Assembly (NCBI GenBank): GCA_002269645.1
Contig: NIVC01001283.1
Location: forward strand, 256,491-320,490
Source: Macrostomum lignano
Lineage: Eukaryota
Direction of reading: 5' to 3'
DNA length: 64,000 bases
Shown here: in pieces, positions 63,481 through 64,000 of the stretch
Position numbering within the stretch: the stretch's first letter is position 1
Layout of the letters: the number at the start of each line of letters is the position of its first letter
Notes under the pieces: model-generated
Database searches by the model: none
Told to the model about the DNA's origin: nothing
What the model saw: the letters and a program-made list of their open reading frames with translations, nothing else
Position numbers and translations under genes: made by a program

Positions 63481-63811
63481 CTCGGGGTCCCAGCAACCGG
63501 ACAGCAAGGATCTCGAAGGCGCTGAGAACTCGGTCGACGCAGCCTTGCTTGTCGTCGTGCCTGCGGCGCACTTGGCGAGTGCCGCCGTCTGGCCGGCCGG
63601 CTGTCCGAGGCGCGCGCGCTGCATGAGCACCAGTTGAGTTGCGCCCTGCGCGCTGTCAGTCGCGAACTGGAGAGGGCGCCTGCGGCGCCCTCGGCTGCAT
63701 CTACGCTGAGCTGGCGACCCGAGTCGGCCCTGAAGCTGCACAAATCCCAGCTTAGGCTGGCCAGTCAGCAAAGGGACAAGCCGGCCATGGCCAAGGCGCT
63801 GGGTGGCATAG
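63481..63811 (+). CDS. TTC28: TPR exon of the same gene, with apparent frameshifts
   Basis: ALGECRRLAGRLSEARALHEHQL, ACGALGCIY and ALKLHKSQLRLASQQRDKPAMAKALGGI across frames; donor GTATGT at 63812. Confidence 0.6.
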
Positions 63812-64000
63812 GTATGTCCAAGTTCTTATGGATTTTCCATGGTTTTTCATGGCATTTCCATGGATTTACCGTGGGAGTTCCTTCGTTTCCCATATATTTT
63901 CTGCTGGAAATCAGGATCTCTATCTAAGGATTTTCAATAAAACTTCAGTGGTAATTTGATATAAGTATCTATTTATCTACATTTTTGCATACTCGGTATC

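Overview
Eukaryotic (animal) genomic DNA; the GC-rich exons and minisatellite-stuffed introns resemble the flatworm Macrostomum, but that is inference. Bases ~3,000-52,000 are almost entirely nested transposon material: P-family/THAP elements with 7-8 bp TSDs, Crypton-like tyrosine recombinase (YR, DUF3504-type) genes, IS630/Tc1/mariner, PIF/Harbinger, piggyBac, Gypsy, a Polinton-like 5.1 kb element with a 6 bp TSD, a SINE and a Penelope-type hammerhead motif. About 28 of ~32 recognisable transposon coding fragments lie on the minus strand, as expected of a uni-strand (flamenco-like) piRNA cluster. The octamer GTCTATGG is roughly 30-fold enriched and sits inside the ends of unrelated element classes. 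A 12 kb P-family composite splits a YR gene that rejoins in frame. Bases ~52,600-64,000 hold plus-strand exons of a TTC28-like TPR gene separated by minisatellite-rich introns. All calls were made by eye, without database searches; remnant boundaries are approximate.
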